64,000 nt of DNA from Planktothrix sp. GU0601_MAG3 (GTDB lineage: Bacteria > Cyanobacteriota > Cyanobacteriia > Cyanobacteriales > Microcoleaceae), in NCBI GenBank assembly GCA_035193785.1, contig CP136572.1, forward strand, positions 3,316,578 through 3,380,577. The letters run 5' to 3'. Shown in pieces: positions 43,506 through 54,385 of the stretch (position 1 is its first letter; the number at the start of each line of letters is the position of its first letter). The position numbers were made by a program, and so were the translations under genes. Below the pieces are notes generated by a model. It worked only from the letters and a program-made list of their open reading frames with translations. It did no database searches and was not told the origin of the DNA.

Positions 43506-46050
43506 ATGATTAATACTGTAACACCAGTTCCCAAAGGGATTGGCGTTCTATTAAAAGCACCTTTATCGGGGCATATTCTACCCATTGAACAGGTTTCCCG
43601 ACCCCGTATTTGCTCAAAAAATGGTTGGGGATGGGATTTCTATTGACCCCGTGAGTCAGGTTTTAGTAGCGCCTTGTGATGGGGAAGTGATCCAACTGCA
43701 TCCGTCCCATCATGCGGTGACATTAAAAACCCCTGAAGGGTTAGAAGTGTTGATGCACATTGGTTTAGATACGGTGACATTGCGGGGTCAAGGATTTAGC
43801 CCTAAAGTTAAAATGGGCGATCGCATTCAAACCGGCGATCCCTTAATCGAATTTGATCTGGATTATATAGCTCTAAATGCTAAAAGTTTGCTCACCCAAA
43901 TTGTGATTACTAATAGTGATCAAGTGGCAAATTTTCAAGCTAGTTCGGGAGAGGTTATTGCAGGGGAAACAGTTATTTTAGAACTGATTTTCGCCCCAAC
44001 AGTAATTGAAAATAACCCAATTTCTGCCGAGACAATTACCTCGGATGAAATTATTATTCCTAATCCTACCGGACTCCACGCTAGACCTTCGGCCGTCTTA
44101 GCAAATTTAGCTAAAAAATATCAATCCAAAATTCGGTTACAACGGGGCGAGCAAGACGCCAATGTTAAGAGTGTGGTCGGGTTAATGGCCATGGAAGTGA
44201 ATAACGGCGATCGGGTGGTTTTGGTGGCCCAGGGGCCAGATGCGGCCGAAGCGATCGCCGAACTCACCGAGGCCATGGTTTCCGGGTTAGGGGAAGAAGG
44301 CAGTCTGCCCATTTCCGCCCCCGCCAGCGTCGCCCAAGGAGAAATATCGAATCCGGCCCCCCGTCGGCGTTCGGACGATCCTAACGTGGTTTTAGGGGTA
44401 GCCGCATCCTCTGGAATAGCAGTTGGTCAAACCTTCCGGGTTAGGGAACAGGAAATTGAGGTGACGGAAAAGGCCGAAAACCCCAATACAGAACGGCGTA
44501 AGTTAGAAACGGCGATCGAACAGGCCCAATTAGAGGTAGAAGCGTTACGGGCCAATGTTCATGGCCAGGGCGATCCGAGTAAATCAGCTATTTTCGCCGC
44601 CCATCAAGAATTATTAGAAGATCCCGAATTAATTGAGATTGCCACCAGCACCATTGATAAGGGAAAAAGTGCCGCTTTTGCCTGGAAACAAGCCTTTACA
44701 AATAGTGCAGCCCAACTCGCACAATTACAAAATGAGTTGTTATCCCAACGGGCGAATGATGTCCGAGATGTGGGGCAAAGGGTATTAAGAATTCTCACCG
44801 GAGTTACCTTAACTGGGCCGATTTATCCTGAGAATACTATCTTAATTGCTGAGGATTTAACTCCTTCGGATATGGCAACCTTGGATCGATCAAAAGTGAT
44901 TGGATTCTGTACCGTTGCCGGGGGTTCGACCTCTCACGTTGCGATTTTAGCCCGTTCTATGGAAATTCCGGCGATCGCAGGAACGGAACCTCAAGTATTA
45001 GATTTACCCGACGGCACACCTGTTATTTTAGATGGCAGTAAAGGTACATTAAAATTAAATCCCACGACGGCGGAAATGGAACGGGTTAAAACCCTACAAA
45101 TTGAAATAGCTAAAAAACGGCAAACCGACTTAGCTAATGCCATGAAACCAGCCATCACCACCGATGGACACCGGATGGAAATTGTTGCCAATATTGGGGG
45201 CAAATCGGAGGCAGAAACTTCGGTGAAATTGGGAGGAGAAGGAGTCGGTTTATTGCGAACGGAATTTGTATTTATGGAGCGGACATCTGCCCCCACAGAA
45301 GACGAACAAACGGAAATATATAGTAGTATTGCCCGGGTTTTAGGGAAGGATAGACCGTTAATTATTCGGACGTTAGATGTAGGTGGAGATAAGCCCTTAC
45401 CCTATTTACCTATTCCCCATGAAGAAAACCCCTTTTTAGGAGAACGGGGAATCAGATTTGGCTTTGATCGTCCTGAACTTTTAAGAACCCAATTCCGCGC
45501 TATTTTAAGATCGGCGGAGGCGGGAACATTGCGAATTATGTTCCCGATGATTGCCCGATTAGAAGAAATTAGAATGGCAAAAGCTATGTTAGAAGAAGAA
45601 CGGGAAAAGTTAAATCTTCCCCCGGTTTCCGTGGGCATTATGGTGGAAGTTCCCTCGGCGGCGGTGATGGCGGAACAATTTGCTAAAGAGGTGGATTTCT
45701 TCTCCATTGGAACTAATGATTTAACCCAATATACTTTAGCAATGGATCGGGGACATCCGAAACTTGCCCCCTATGTTGATGGGTTGAATCCGGCGGTTTT
45801 ACGATTAATTGATTTAACGGTAAAAGGAGCAACTAAAGAGGGAAAATGGGTAGGGGTTTGTGGCGGAATTGCCAGCGACCCTCAAGCAATTCCTTTATTA
45901 ATTGGTTTGGGAGTGAAGGAATTAAGTGTTAGTGTTCCCAGTATTCCCACTATTAAGGCACAAATACGGGAATTAAGTTTAGTTGAGTGTCAAGAATTAG
46001 CCCAAAAAGCATTAAATTCAGAAACGGGGGCGGATGTGCGGGCACTTTAA
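43506..46050 (+). CDS. PTS multiphosphoryl transfer protein EIIA(Glc)-HPr-EI (one apparent frameshift near the start)
   Basis: EIIA: VPDPVFAQKMVGDG, MHIGLDTV; HPr: GLHARPS, KSVVGLM; EI: TSHVAILAR, GLLRTEF, RTLDVGGDK, SIGTNDLTQY, GVCGG. Confidence 0.95.
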
Positions 46051-46153
46051 GTAGAGACGTGCCATGGCGCGTCTCTAGCAGTTATCAGTTGTAGGGGCGG
46101 GTTTCATCAAGATGCGCGGTGATTAACAAAGGTCTAAAAAAACCCGCCCGTAA
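46051..46153. repeat. REP-A plus REP-B between the two PTS genes
   Basis: GTAGAGACGTGCCATGGCGCGTCTCTA at 46051; GTAGGGGCGGGTTT...AACCCGCCCGTA at 46091. Confidence 0.88.
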
Positions 46154-46218
46154 CAGTTATCGGTTGTTAGTAACAATATCTAATAGAGCCCTGAAGGGCT
46201 CACTACTTAAGAAAAACG

Positions 46219-48051
46219 ATGTTCAAAAACGCTTTTGCTTTATTACAAAAAATGGGAAAGTCTTTAATGCTTCCCGTTTCAGTCTTACCCATTGCTGGCC
46301 TATTATTGGGATTGGGTAGTGCTCGTTTAATTGAATTACAAAATCTGGCATTGGGAACAATTTCTTCCCCTAAATTTTGGTGGCTACCTGAAGGTTTAGC
46401 AACCATTATGAAGACTTCCGGGGATGCAATTTTTGGTAATTTACCGATTATTTTTGCGATTTCCGTTGCGATTGGATTTGCGGAAAATGACGGGGTGGCT
46501 GCTTTGGCTGCAACGGTGGGATTTGTGGTTTTTGTCGCTTCTTTAGGGGCTGCTTCTACCACTTTTTTTGGGTTGAATCCCGAACAATTAAAACCTGTTA
46601 TGGGCATTCCTTCCTTAGATACGGGGGTATTTGGCGGGTTAATTATGGGCTGTGTTGCAGCCTATTTATTTAACCGTTATTTCCGAATTCAACTCCCTCA
46701 ATATCTGGGATTTTTTGCGGGAAAACGATTTGTTCCAATTGTGACTTCCTTTGCGGCAATCGCCATGGGAATCCTAATGAGCGTGGTCTGGCCGCCCATT
46801 GGAGCCGCGATTTCTACGGCTGCAAATGCCGCCGCATCCGGTGGAAATGTTAGTCTTACCGCCGCAATTTATGGGCTTGTAGAACGGTTATTATTACCCT
46901 TTGGATTACATCATATTTGGAATGTGCCTTTCTTTTTTCAAATCGGATCATTTCTTGATCCACTTACGAATAGAGTGGTCACTGGAGACATTAATCGCTT
47001 CTTTGCTGGCGACCCAACGGCCGGAATTTTAGGGGGTGCTTATTGGTTCAAAATGTTCGGTTTACCGGCGGCTGCGATCGCTATTTGGCGGACAGCAAAA
47101 CCCAAAAATCGAGCGTTAACTGGAGGGATTATGATCTCTGCTGCTTTCACCTCTTTCCTAACCGGAATTACCGAGCCGATTGAATTTTCATTTATGTTCG
47201 TAGCCCCGCCTTTATACGCGATTCATGCAGTAATGGCGGGCTTTTGTGATTGGTTATTTGTTGCCTTGGGTGGACGCATGGGATTTACCTTTTCCCAGGG
47301 ATTTATTGACTTTTTCCTGTTTAATGGATTAGGCACAAAGGCGTGGTTAATTCCCGCTTTGGGGCCGTTTTTTGCGGCTTTATATTTCTGTGTTTTTTAC
47401 TTTGGAATCCGACAGTTTAACTTCTCCACTCCGGGTCGAGAAGATGAGGTAGAAACCGTAACCAAAATTACCCCGGGAACAGGTGTAGGGAGTCTGGCAA
47501 TGGAGTTAGTTCGAGCGTTTGGCGGACGGAGTAATATTGCGACGTTGGATGCTTGTATTACTCGGTTACGCATCACAGTTAATGATATTAAAAAGGTGAA
47601 TAAAGCTCGACTTAAAGCATTAGGAGCATCGGGAGTTTTAGAAATAGGAAATAGTGCCCAAGCCATATTCGGCCCCCGTTCGGAAAATTTAAAAACGGAT
47701 ATGATGGAATATCTCAAAAATGCCGGGTCGGAGGCAGATTTGGTTGAGGAAATTACACCGGAAATTACAGAGGTTAATTCAACGGAAGCAGCGATTTTAA
47801 CCCCAATCATCTCGGATTCCGAGGCAAAAAATCGGATTCAGCAGATCGTGATTGCCTTGGGTGGAAAACAGAATATTCAGAGTCTTGATGCGGTGGCGTT
47901 AACTCGATTACGAGTTAAAGTTATTGATAATAACCTAGTTGATGAAGACGCATTAAAAGCCGCAGGTGTGGAAGGAGTTTTACGTTTACCCAATGGTATA
48001 TTACATCTATTAGTGGGTTTGGGTGCGGAACAATATGCAAAAAATCAGTAA
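46219..48051 (+). CDS. ptsG: PTS glucose-family permease EIICB with a second, degenerate EIIB domain
   Basis: LQKMGKSLMLPVSVLPIAG, DTGVFGG, FFAGKRFVP, PFGLHH, TGITEPIEF, TPGRED, DACITRLR; second domain DAVALTRLR; glucose versus GlcNAc specificity not certain. Confidence 0.85.
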   Translation: MFKNAFALLQKMGKSLMLPVSVLPIAGLLLGLGSARLIELQNLALGTISSPKFWWLPEGLATIMKTSGDAIFGNLPIIFAISVAIGFAENDGVAALAATVGFVVFVASLGAASTTFFGLNPEQLKPVMGIPSLDTGVFGGLIMGCVAAYLFNRYFRIQLPQYLGFFAGKRFVPIVTSFAAIAMGILMSVVWPPIGAAISTAANAAASGGNVSLTAAIYGLVERLLLPFGLHHIWNVPFFFQIGSFLDPLTNRVVTGDINRFFAGDPTAGILGGAYWFKMFGLPAAAIAIWRTAKPKNRALTGGIMISAAFTSFLTGITEPIEFSFMFVAPPLYAIHAVMAGFCDWLFVALGGRMGFTFSQGFIDFFLFNGLGTKAWLIPALGPFFAALYFCVFYFGIRQFNFSTPGREDEVETVTKITPGTGVGSLAMELVRAFGGRSNIATLDACITRLRITVNDIKKVNKARLKALGASGVLEIGNSAQAIFGPRSENLKTDMMEYLKNAGSEADLVEEITPEITEVNSTEAAILTPIISDSEAKNRIQQIVIALGGKQNIQSLDAVALTRLRVKVIDNNLVDEDALKAAGVEGVLRLPNGILHLLVGLGAEQYAKNQ

Positions 48052-48144
48052 TCAGTAATCAGTGTAGAGACGTGCCACGGCGCGTCTCTAGTGGTTATAT
48101 TTTAACTTAACTGATAACTGATAACTGTTTACTGATCACTGATA

Positions 48145-48853
48145 TTAGATGGGTTCAAAATCCTTATTAAAATCGAGTTGATTGGCTTGGATTCCTGGTA
48201 AAAATGCAATTAGTTCTTCCAAACCAGATTTGTTAACAAAAATACCCGCTCCGCTTCCATACTCTGATAAGGTTAAATCCTTAAAGGTAATCACATCATT
48301 TGTTTTATAAACAAAGTAATCTTCACCTACAGTAAAATCACTAATAAAGGCAAAATCCGTTAAACCTGCGGCTGTATAATAGGTGCTAGAATCAGAACTC
48401 CCTAAATAAAATCCATCTAATCCTGCACCCCCGACTAAGGTATCAATTTCACCTGCTCCTGGAGTAGCCGAATTAACATCAATCCCCGCAATAAAATCAT
48501 CCCCAAGATCACCGGAAACATAATCATTTCCCCCACCACCCCCTAAAAGATCAATACCTTGACCTCCAAACAAAGAATCATTATCGTTTCCTCCAAATAA
48601 TAAATCTGAAACCTAAGTTACCAAAAACTTGATTTTTACCTAATTCTCCCAGCAGCACATCGTCCCCTTTCCCTCCAAATAGCAAATCATTCCCCGGACT
48701 ACCATAAATAACATCTGCTCCTAGATTGCCATTCATCGTATCATCGCCTTCAAGACCTTGCAGGGTGTCATTTCCCCCTAAGCCGTAAATTTCATCGTTT
48801 TCAATCAATCCAACTAGATTATCATCCGCTTCAGTTCCTAAAATTAAAGTCAT
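48145..48853 (-). CDS. RTX/hemolysin-type calcium-binding protein (one apparent frameshift)
   Basis: Multiple GGxGxDxL nonapeptides. Confidence 0.85.
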
Positions 48854-49102
48854 TTTTTTAATCAGTTATTAGTTATCAATTATCAGTGATAAAACAATTG
48901 TTGGTTGTTGTCAACTAAAATTATAGCAATAGGGAATAGATAGGCAATAGGGAATAGGTAAATACTTACTATGGGCAGCTTTTAGCTTTCAAGAATGTCC
49001 TAACAGATACGGCAACTGCTATGATATTTATACTTGATTGACGGGATTTTTTTGATAGACTGAGAACCACTGGAGACGCGCCATGGCACGTCTCTACAGT
49101 GA

Positions 49103-49768
49103 TTACTGATGACTGATGACTGATTTTTGAGTGGTGGCGACCGCCACAATACCCGCGACAGAAATTCCCGATTTTTGGAGTTGATCAATGGCCGATTTAA
49201 CCGTCGCACCGGTTGTATAAATATCATCTAAAATTAAAACTGAACCATTAGGAGGGCGACGCCGGAAATCCTGACCAATATTAAACACACTTTGCATTTC
49301 TTTTAAACGTTGACTGGGCGAAAGTTCGTGCAGTGATTCCGTCTGTTTAATTCGTTCTAAACCATGAGAAGATAGGGATAAACCCGTGAATTGACAAAAA
49401 CTTTTCGCTAACAATTCGGCTTGATTAAACCCGCGTTTTTTCAACTTCGCTGGGTGTAGGGGAATGGGTACTACGGTAACAGGGGAGATCCCCGACCCGG
49501 GCGTCGATAACCAAGTTTCTGCCAATCCATAGCCCAAAGGTTTAGCTAATTCGGTATGATGATTATATTTGATAGCCGCGATCGCTCGTTTGAGAACATC
49601 TTTGTACTGTCCCCAGACACAAAGCGGCACCTCAGAGGTAAATTTGGCTCCAGGAGGAAACCGACAGCGCAGTAACTGTCGTTCACAATAATCACAAAGT
49701 TCTGTTGTTGCAGGTCGGTTACATAACGGACAGTTGGGTTTGAGAAATAAACTTAAGATCGCTTTCAC
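49103..49768 (-). CDS. comF: ComF family competence protein
   Basis: CPLC...CDYC, PIPLH, RGFNQAELLA, LILDDIYTTGAT. Confidence 0.92.
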   Translation of the reverse strand: MKAILSLFLKPNCPLCNRPATTELCDYCERQLLRCRFPPGAKFTSEVPLCVWGQYKDVLKRAIAAIKYNHHTELAKPLGYGLAETWLSTPGSGISPVTVVPIPLHPAKLKKRGFNQAELLAKSFCQFTGLSLSSHGLERIKQTESLHELSPSQRLKEMQSVFNIGQDFRRRPPNGSVLILDDIYTTGATVKSAIDQLQKSGISVAGIVAVATTQKSVISHQ

Positions 49769-49813
49769 AGTTCAGGTTTTCAGATCAAGTTATTACTAAA
49801 TTTAGTTGAAAGT

Positions 49814-52261
49814 GTGGATAATTTTTATGGGCTTCACGAAATTCAATCTCATCATCGCGATGTTGTCGGGGAGCCAGCCTTTTATTTAAGCCAATTGCTC
49901 CATCAGGGTTATCCGGTTTTACCCGGTTTTGTAGTTAAGAATCAGTTATTTTGGGAGATTTTACAAACCATTGATTGGTTACAACCCCTATTTGTCGATT
50001 TACCCAAATCATCCCTCTATTTTGACATCAATCAACCCCGTCAATTACAAATTATTGCTCAACACCTTTGTCAACAACTGATTGATAGTCGTTTACCCCC
50101 GTCCTGGAGTCAGAAAATCCAAGACAGCATTGACCAATTAAAAGCCCCAGCGTTGATTTTTTATCCCAGTCTGAGCACTCCCCATCACTTACAAACATCG
50201 GGACTTTTTAAATCGGTGATCAGTTGGGCGGGTACTCCCACAGCTTTATCGGGATTAAAACAAGCCTACTGTGAATTTTTTCGGGCTAAAAGTTTATTAT
50301 ATTGGCAAAGATACAAGATAGAATTACAAGATTTATGTCCTGTGGTCTTAGTTCAACCCCTCCAGTCTACGATCGCTTCCGGTTTTGTTGAAATTCGCCC
50401 TCACGGTTGGGAAATAAACTCCACTTGGGGTTTGGAATTTTCCCTCTTATGGGGAGAAAGCCATCCTGATATTTATTTAATCCAACCCCAAACGGGAATC
50501 ATTCAACAACAACAATTAGGCTCTAAAACCATTCTCTATAATTTAAAATCTACTCCTGATCAACCCACAAAATATCCGATTCCCCAAAAACAATTCGCAA
50601 TTCCAAATACTCAATTTCCAATTTATGCTACCTCGATTTCTGAACAGCAACAGGGATTTTCCCTAACTCCGAAACAACTACAAAAGTTAATCAATTTTAT
50701 CCAAAATATTACACAGTTTAATCCGGCAATTACTCGATTGGATTGGCGTTTATTACCACAGCCTCAAACTCAAGAACCCCAATTCTATTTTGTCGGTGTT
50801 CACTGTTCCGAAAGCAGTCCCCATTCTAGTTCTGTCATTTCCCATTCTAGCCCCCATCAACAGCATTTTCAAGGACTAGCTCTAGCATCGGGAAAATCTC
50901 AAGGAACTGCATATATTCTAACGGAAACACAACCCATACCCTCACAATTACCGGAGAATACCGTGTTAGTCGTTCCGGCAATTACTTGGGATTATTTACC
51001 CCTATTAAAGCAGACTGTTGCTATTGTTGCTGAAAAGGGAGGAATGACCAGTCATGGCGCAATTGTGGCGCGAGAATTGGGTATACCTGCTGTTTGTGGA
51101 ATCGTGAATGCAACCCGGGAAATAAAAATGGGTGAGTCTATTTTTGTTGATGGAAATTATGGGGAAGTTTATGTGATTAAGCCTGATTATCCGGTTGATC
51201 AAAAGTTTGTCAAACGAAGTTTTGAACCACTGAAACCGACTCGAAATATTACCTATGCAAATTCTACCCCCTTGATGGTTAATATTAGTCAATCAAGTTC
51301 TATCCAGCGACTTCATTCTTTACCCATTGATGGGGTAGGTCTATTGCGATCAGAATTGATCGCTCTTGAAATATTAGAACGTTCTGAATATCCGACCAAA
51401 AATTCCTGGGTTTCTCAGAAAGTTGGGGACAAATTATATGATTTTAATACCTGGATTTCATCCCAAAAACAGCAAAAGTTTGTTCAAGAAATGACTGAAC
51501 TTATTCATCAGATGGCTATGGTTTTATCCCCTAGACCCGTTTATTATCGCTCCTTGGATTTAAGAGAAATAGAACAATCGGTATCGGGATTAAATTATTT
51601 TTACCCCCTCCTGGGTAGTGGGGAGAGTAAGAATAGGAAATTATCCTCTCAGGATAGTATGAATAGGGGAAATTTTCCAGCTTCAGATTCTCCATCTTTA
51701 GAACGTCTGATTTTATTTGATTTAGAAATTCAAGTATTATTAAGATTGTATGAATCGGGAAATAAAAATATTCATTTAATTATACCATTTATGCGTTCTG
51801 TTGAAGAATTTACTATTTATAAAAAGCGGATCGAAGCATCGGAATTAATCCATTATCCTGAGTTGCAATTGTGGATTATGGCGGAAGTTCCGTCGATTCT
51901 ATTTTTATTACCTGATTATGTGAAAGCTGGGGTTCAAGGAATTTCAATTGGAACCAATGATCTGACCCAATTATTATTTGGAATTGATCGAAATAAAATG
52001 CAGGTATTCCCAGGTTTATATGAAAGTAATCCCGCTTTAAAAAAAGCGATAAAACAGTTAATTGAAATGGCAAAAACAGCGAATATTCCCTGTTCAATCT
52101 GTGGAGATGCTCCAGCTTTATATCCCGAATTAATTGCAGATTTAGTTCAGTGGGGAATTACGTCGATTTCCGTTAATTTAGATGCCGTTGAATCGACCTA
52201 TATGGCGATCGCTAAATCAGAAAAACCCATTCCCCTAGAAACCTCCCACCATCATCTTTAG
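49814..52261 (+). CDS. PEP synthase-like PEP-utilizing enzyme with a degenerate N-terminal domain
   Basis: GGMTSHGAIVARELG, GVGLLRSE, MAEVPS, SIGTNDLTQ, SICG. Confidence 0.8.
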   Translation: MDNFYGLHEIQSHHRDVVGEPAFYLSQLLHQGYPVLPGFVVKNQLFWEILQTIDWLQPLFVDLPKSSLYFDINQPRQLQIIAQHLCQQLIDSRLPPSWSQKIQDSIDQLKAPALIFYPSLSTPHHLQTSGLFKSVISWAGTPTALSGLKQAYCEFFRAKSLLYWQRYKIELQDLCPVVLVQPLQSTIASGFVEIRPHGWEINSTWGLEFSLLWGESHPDIYLIQPQTGIIQQQQLGSKTILYNLKSTPDQPTKYPIPQKQFAIPNTQFPIYATSISEQQQGFSLTPKQLQKLINFIQNITQFNPAITRLDWRLLPQPQTQEPQFYFVGVHCSESSPHSSSVISHSSPHQQHFQGLALASGKSQGTAYILTETQPIPSQLPENTVLVVPAITWDYLPLLKQTVAIVAEKGGMTSHGAIVARELGIPAVCGIVNATREIKMGESIFVDGNYGEVYVIKPDYPVDQKFVKRSFEPLKPTRNITYANSTPLMVNISQSSSIQRLHSLPIDGVGLLRSELIALEILERSEYPTKNSWVSQKVGDKLYDFNTWISSQKQQKFVQEMTELIHQMAMVLSPRPVYYRSLDLREIEQSVSGLNYFYPLLGSGESKNRKLSSQDSMNRGNFPASDSPSLERLILFDLEIQVLLRLYESGNKNIHLIIPFMRSVEEFTIYKKRIEASELIHYPELQLWIMAEVPSILFLLPDYVKAGVQGISIGTNDLTQLLFGIDRNKMQVFPGLYESNPALKKAIKQLIEMAKTANIPCSICGDAPALYPELIADLVQWGITSISVNLDAVESTYMAIAKSEKPIPLETSHHHL

Positions 52262-52292
52262 GGTCGGGGCGAGAAGACCCCGCCCTCAACCC

Positions 52293-52515
52293 CAGGGCTG
52301 TTTCATTCTTTGTAGGGGCAATCCCCCCGTGGTTGCCCCAATCCCCCCGTGGTTGCCCCAATCCCCCCGTGGTTGCCCCAATCCCCCCGTGGTTGCCCCA
52401 ATCCCCCCGTGATTGCCCCAATCCCTGAAACGCCTGCAAATCGGGGATTGGGAGGGTAGGCACGGGGGCACTACCCCTACAAAACCCGGGTTTCCCTGAG
52501 AATGAAACAGCCCTG
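52293..52515. mobile_element. MITE with 17-bp TIRs carrying REP-D repeats
   Basis: CAGGGCTGTTTCATTCT ... AGAATGAAACAGCCCTG; CCCTCAACCC on both sides; five 20-bp CAATCCCCCCGTGGTTGCCC units inside. Confidence 0.8.
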
Positions 52516-52538
52516 CCCTCAACCCTCAACCCTCAACC

Positions 52539-53046
52539 TTAATATTGAGTCCGTTGGAAGGCTTCTTCCGGGGAAATATTACCGTAAATTACCGATAAAA
52601 TTCCGGGTAAATAGTCATCCATCGTTGAAACACTGGTATAGATTAAATGTTTAATTAATGCCGGATTTAGAGCCGCATCTTCCGCATCTAAACTGGTTTT
52701 ATATCGAAGTTCCCCATCTTGGAAATTCATTTCAAAATTTCCCACCACTGTCCCATAGTTGAGCAGGGTAATAAATGTCGCCATATTGTAGCGTTTATAT
52801 TCAGGAAACCTTCACCGGACAAATGGAATAAACCGCAATTTGCCGTTCTTCTTCCCTAACAATTGTATAACAATCAAATCGGCCGTTTTTGCCCTCTACA
52901 CCTAATGCCAAGACTCGCCGATGTTCAATTTCTCTATAAACCCAACCATCTAGGGTCATAAAGTCAATGAGCACATCAAATACAGCCCGATCTGATGGGT
53001 ATTCTTGAGAAAGTAATTCCGGGTTTTGTTCTGACACAGTAAACAT
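52539..53046 (-). CDS. YbjN domain protein (one apparent frameshift)
   Basis: GKNGRFDC, YSICPVKVPE, NYGTVVGNFEMNFQDGELRYKTS. Confidence 0.85.
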
Positions 53047-53095
53047 CCTTAATTTTCCTATATCTACAACGTTCTTTGAGTAGTGGCTTCAACAA

Positions 53096-53698
53096 TTACG
53101 CTCGATGGGAGTTATCCGGCGTTGGCATATTATACGCAATTTTATTTGCTTTGGCACTCCGGTAAACAATATTAGTTAATTCATAATAAATGGGGGGATA
53201 CAAGGAGTAAAGTTGACCATAATAAAATCGATTTTTATATCGGTTATAATCTTGAATTTTTTTTCTAATTCCCGATCCTAAACGAGAATTTTTTTCAAAG
53301 GTTTTATCACTCTGTTCAATTGTCCATTTAATTTCTTCACCCTCAACCCCGCGACTAATTAAATCAAAACACTGTTCAAGAACTTGACTAATTCTTTCCC
53401 TGTCTTTAGATTGAAATTCTAATCCCTCTTGATCAGAATTTCTGGGTAATAACTGCAACCGATAGCATCCATTGGGATCAGCATGGGGATACCAACCGAG
53501 TTTTAAGGTATAACCCTTTTGATTAATAATCCAGTCTGTTTCCTTAAACTCAATTGATTGGAGTACGAGCAAGTTTTCATTATAAAATTGCTGATTGAGA
53601 ATGCGACCATCCTGTACAAACGGATCTTCATCCCCAAAAGAATTATGAGTGATTGCCCAACCACTAGGAATATTCAGACGAACAAGGTTTGATTGCAT
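53096..53698 (-). CDS. Hypothetical protein
   Basis: 200-aa ORF; LNIPSGWAITHNSF, LGWYPHADPNGCYRL. Confidence 0.65.
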   Translation of the reverse strand: MQSNLVRLNIPSGWAITHNSFGDEDPFVQDGRILNQQFYNENLLVLQSIEFKETDWIINQKGYTLKLGWYPHADPNGCYRLQLLPRNSDQEGLEFQSKDRERISQVLEQCFDLISRGVEGEEIKWTIEQSDKTFEKNSRLGSGIRKKIQDYNRYKNRFYYGQLYSLYPPIYYELTNIVYRSAKANKIAYNMPTPDNSHRA

Positions 53699-53920
53699 AA
53701 ATTAGGATTGACTGGATCAAGAATCAAGTAAACTCAGCTATCTGGTGTGCCGTTAGCAGCCATTAATATCGCTTTCTGCCCACTTCTGACGAATTATAAT
53801 GCAACTTCTGATCAATATCATGTTTTTTTATAGACCGCAAGGCAAATATCCCCGTTACCTGTTTCGGATCTAAGGCTGATGGGCGGATTAATGGAGGTGT
53901 GATTGCATTGAAGTGAGTTT

Positions 53921-54372
53921 ATGTTTAAATATCCTATTTTAGCCTTAGCGACCCTGGTGGCGACTCTGGGTGTCGGGTTGAGTTCTCCGAGTATTGCTCA
54001 ACTATTTGACCAGACATCATCACCATCGGACTCGAATGTACAAGCAAAAGTTGATCCGAGTCAATTGATTACGGTCAGACTGCGGAATAAAACCAATCAA
54101 ACCCTAGTTTATGCCTTAGCCAATGATCATTCCCAATGGTTAGCACCTGGTAAAGTAAAACTGAAGAATTTTTAGTCAAAGTCGGAGGTCAACCCGGAGA
54201 AACCAGCACGATTTTCATTAATAAACCGGACAATACTTATCCCTTAATTTATAATTTCCAAGTTGTTCCTAAAAATATATTAACCGTTGAAATCAGTCCC
54301 ACCAGTGCAGATAATCCCAGCCAAAAACGCACGATTTATATTGATGAACGAGGAAAAGTTTATTCTTTTTAA
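53921..54372 (+). CDS. Secreted hypothetical protein (frameshifted near 54150)
   Basis: Signal peptide; frame continues TEEFLVKVGG...IYIDERGKVYSF if the GTAAA duplication is removed. Confidence 0.55.
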
Positions 54373-54385
54373 TCAGTCATCAGTT

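Noticed and set aside
44121..47810. Several short minus-strand ORFs within the PTS genes, and similar shadow ORFs elsewhere
   Set aside because: Antisense to well-supported genes, with no recognisable motifs
43506..48051. PTS locus as contamination or chimera
   Set aside because: Contains four HIP1 sites and host REP/heptamer repeats, and base composition resembles the flanks; read mapping would still be needed to exclude it formally
52212..52529. ORFs 52212..52529 and 52286..52522
   Set aside because: Translations of the MITE/REP tandem repeat
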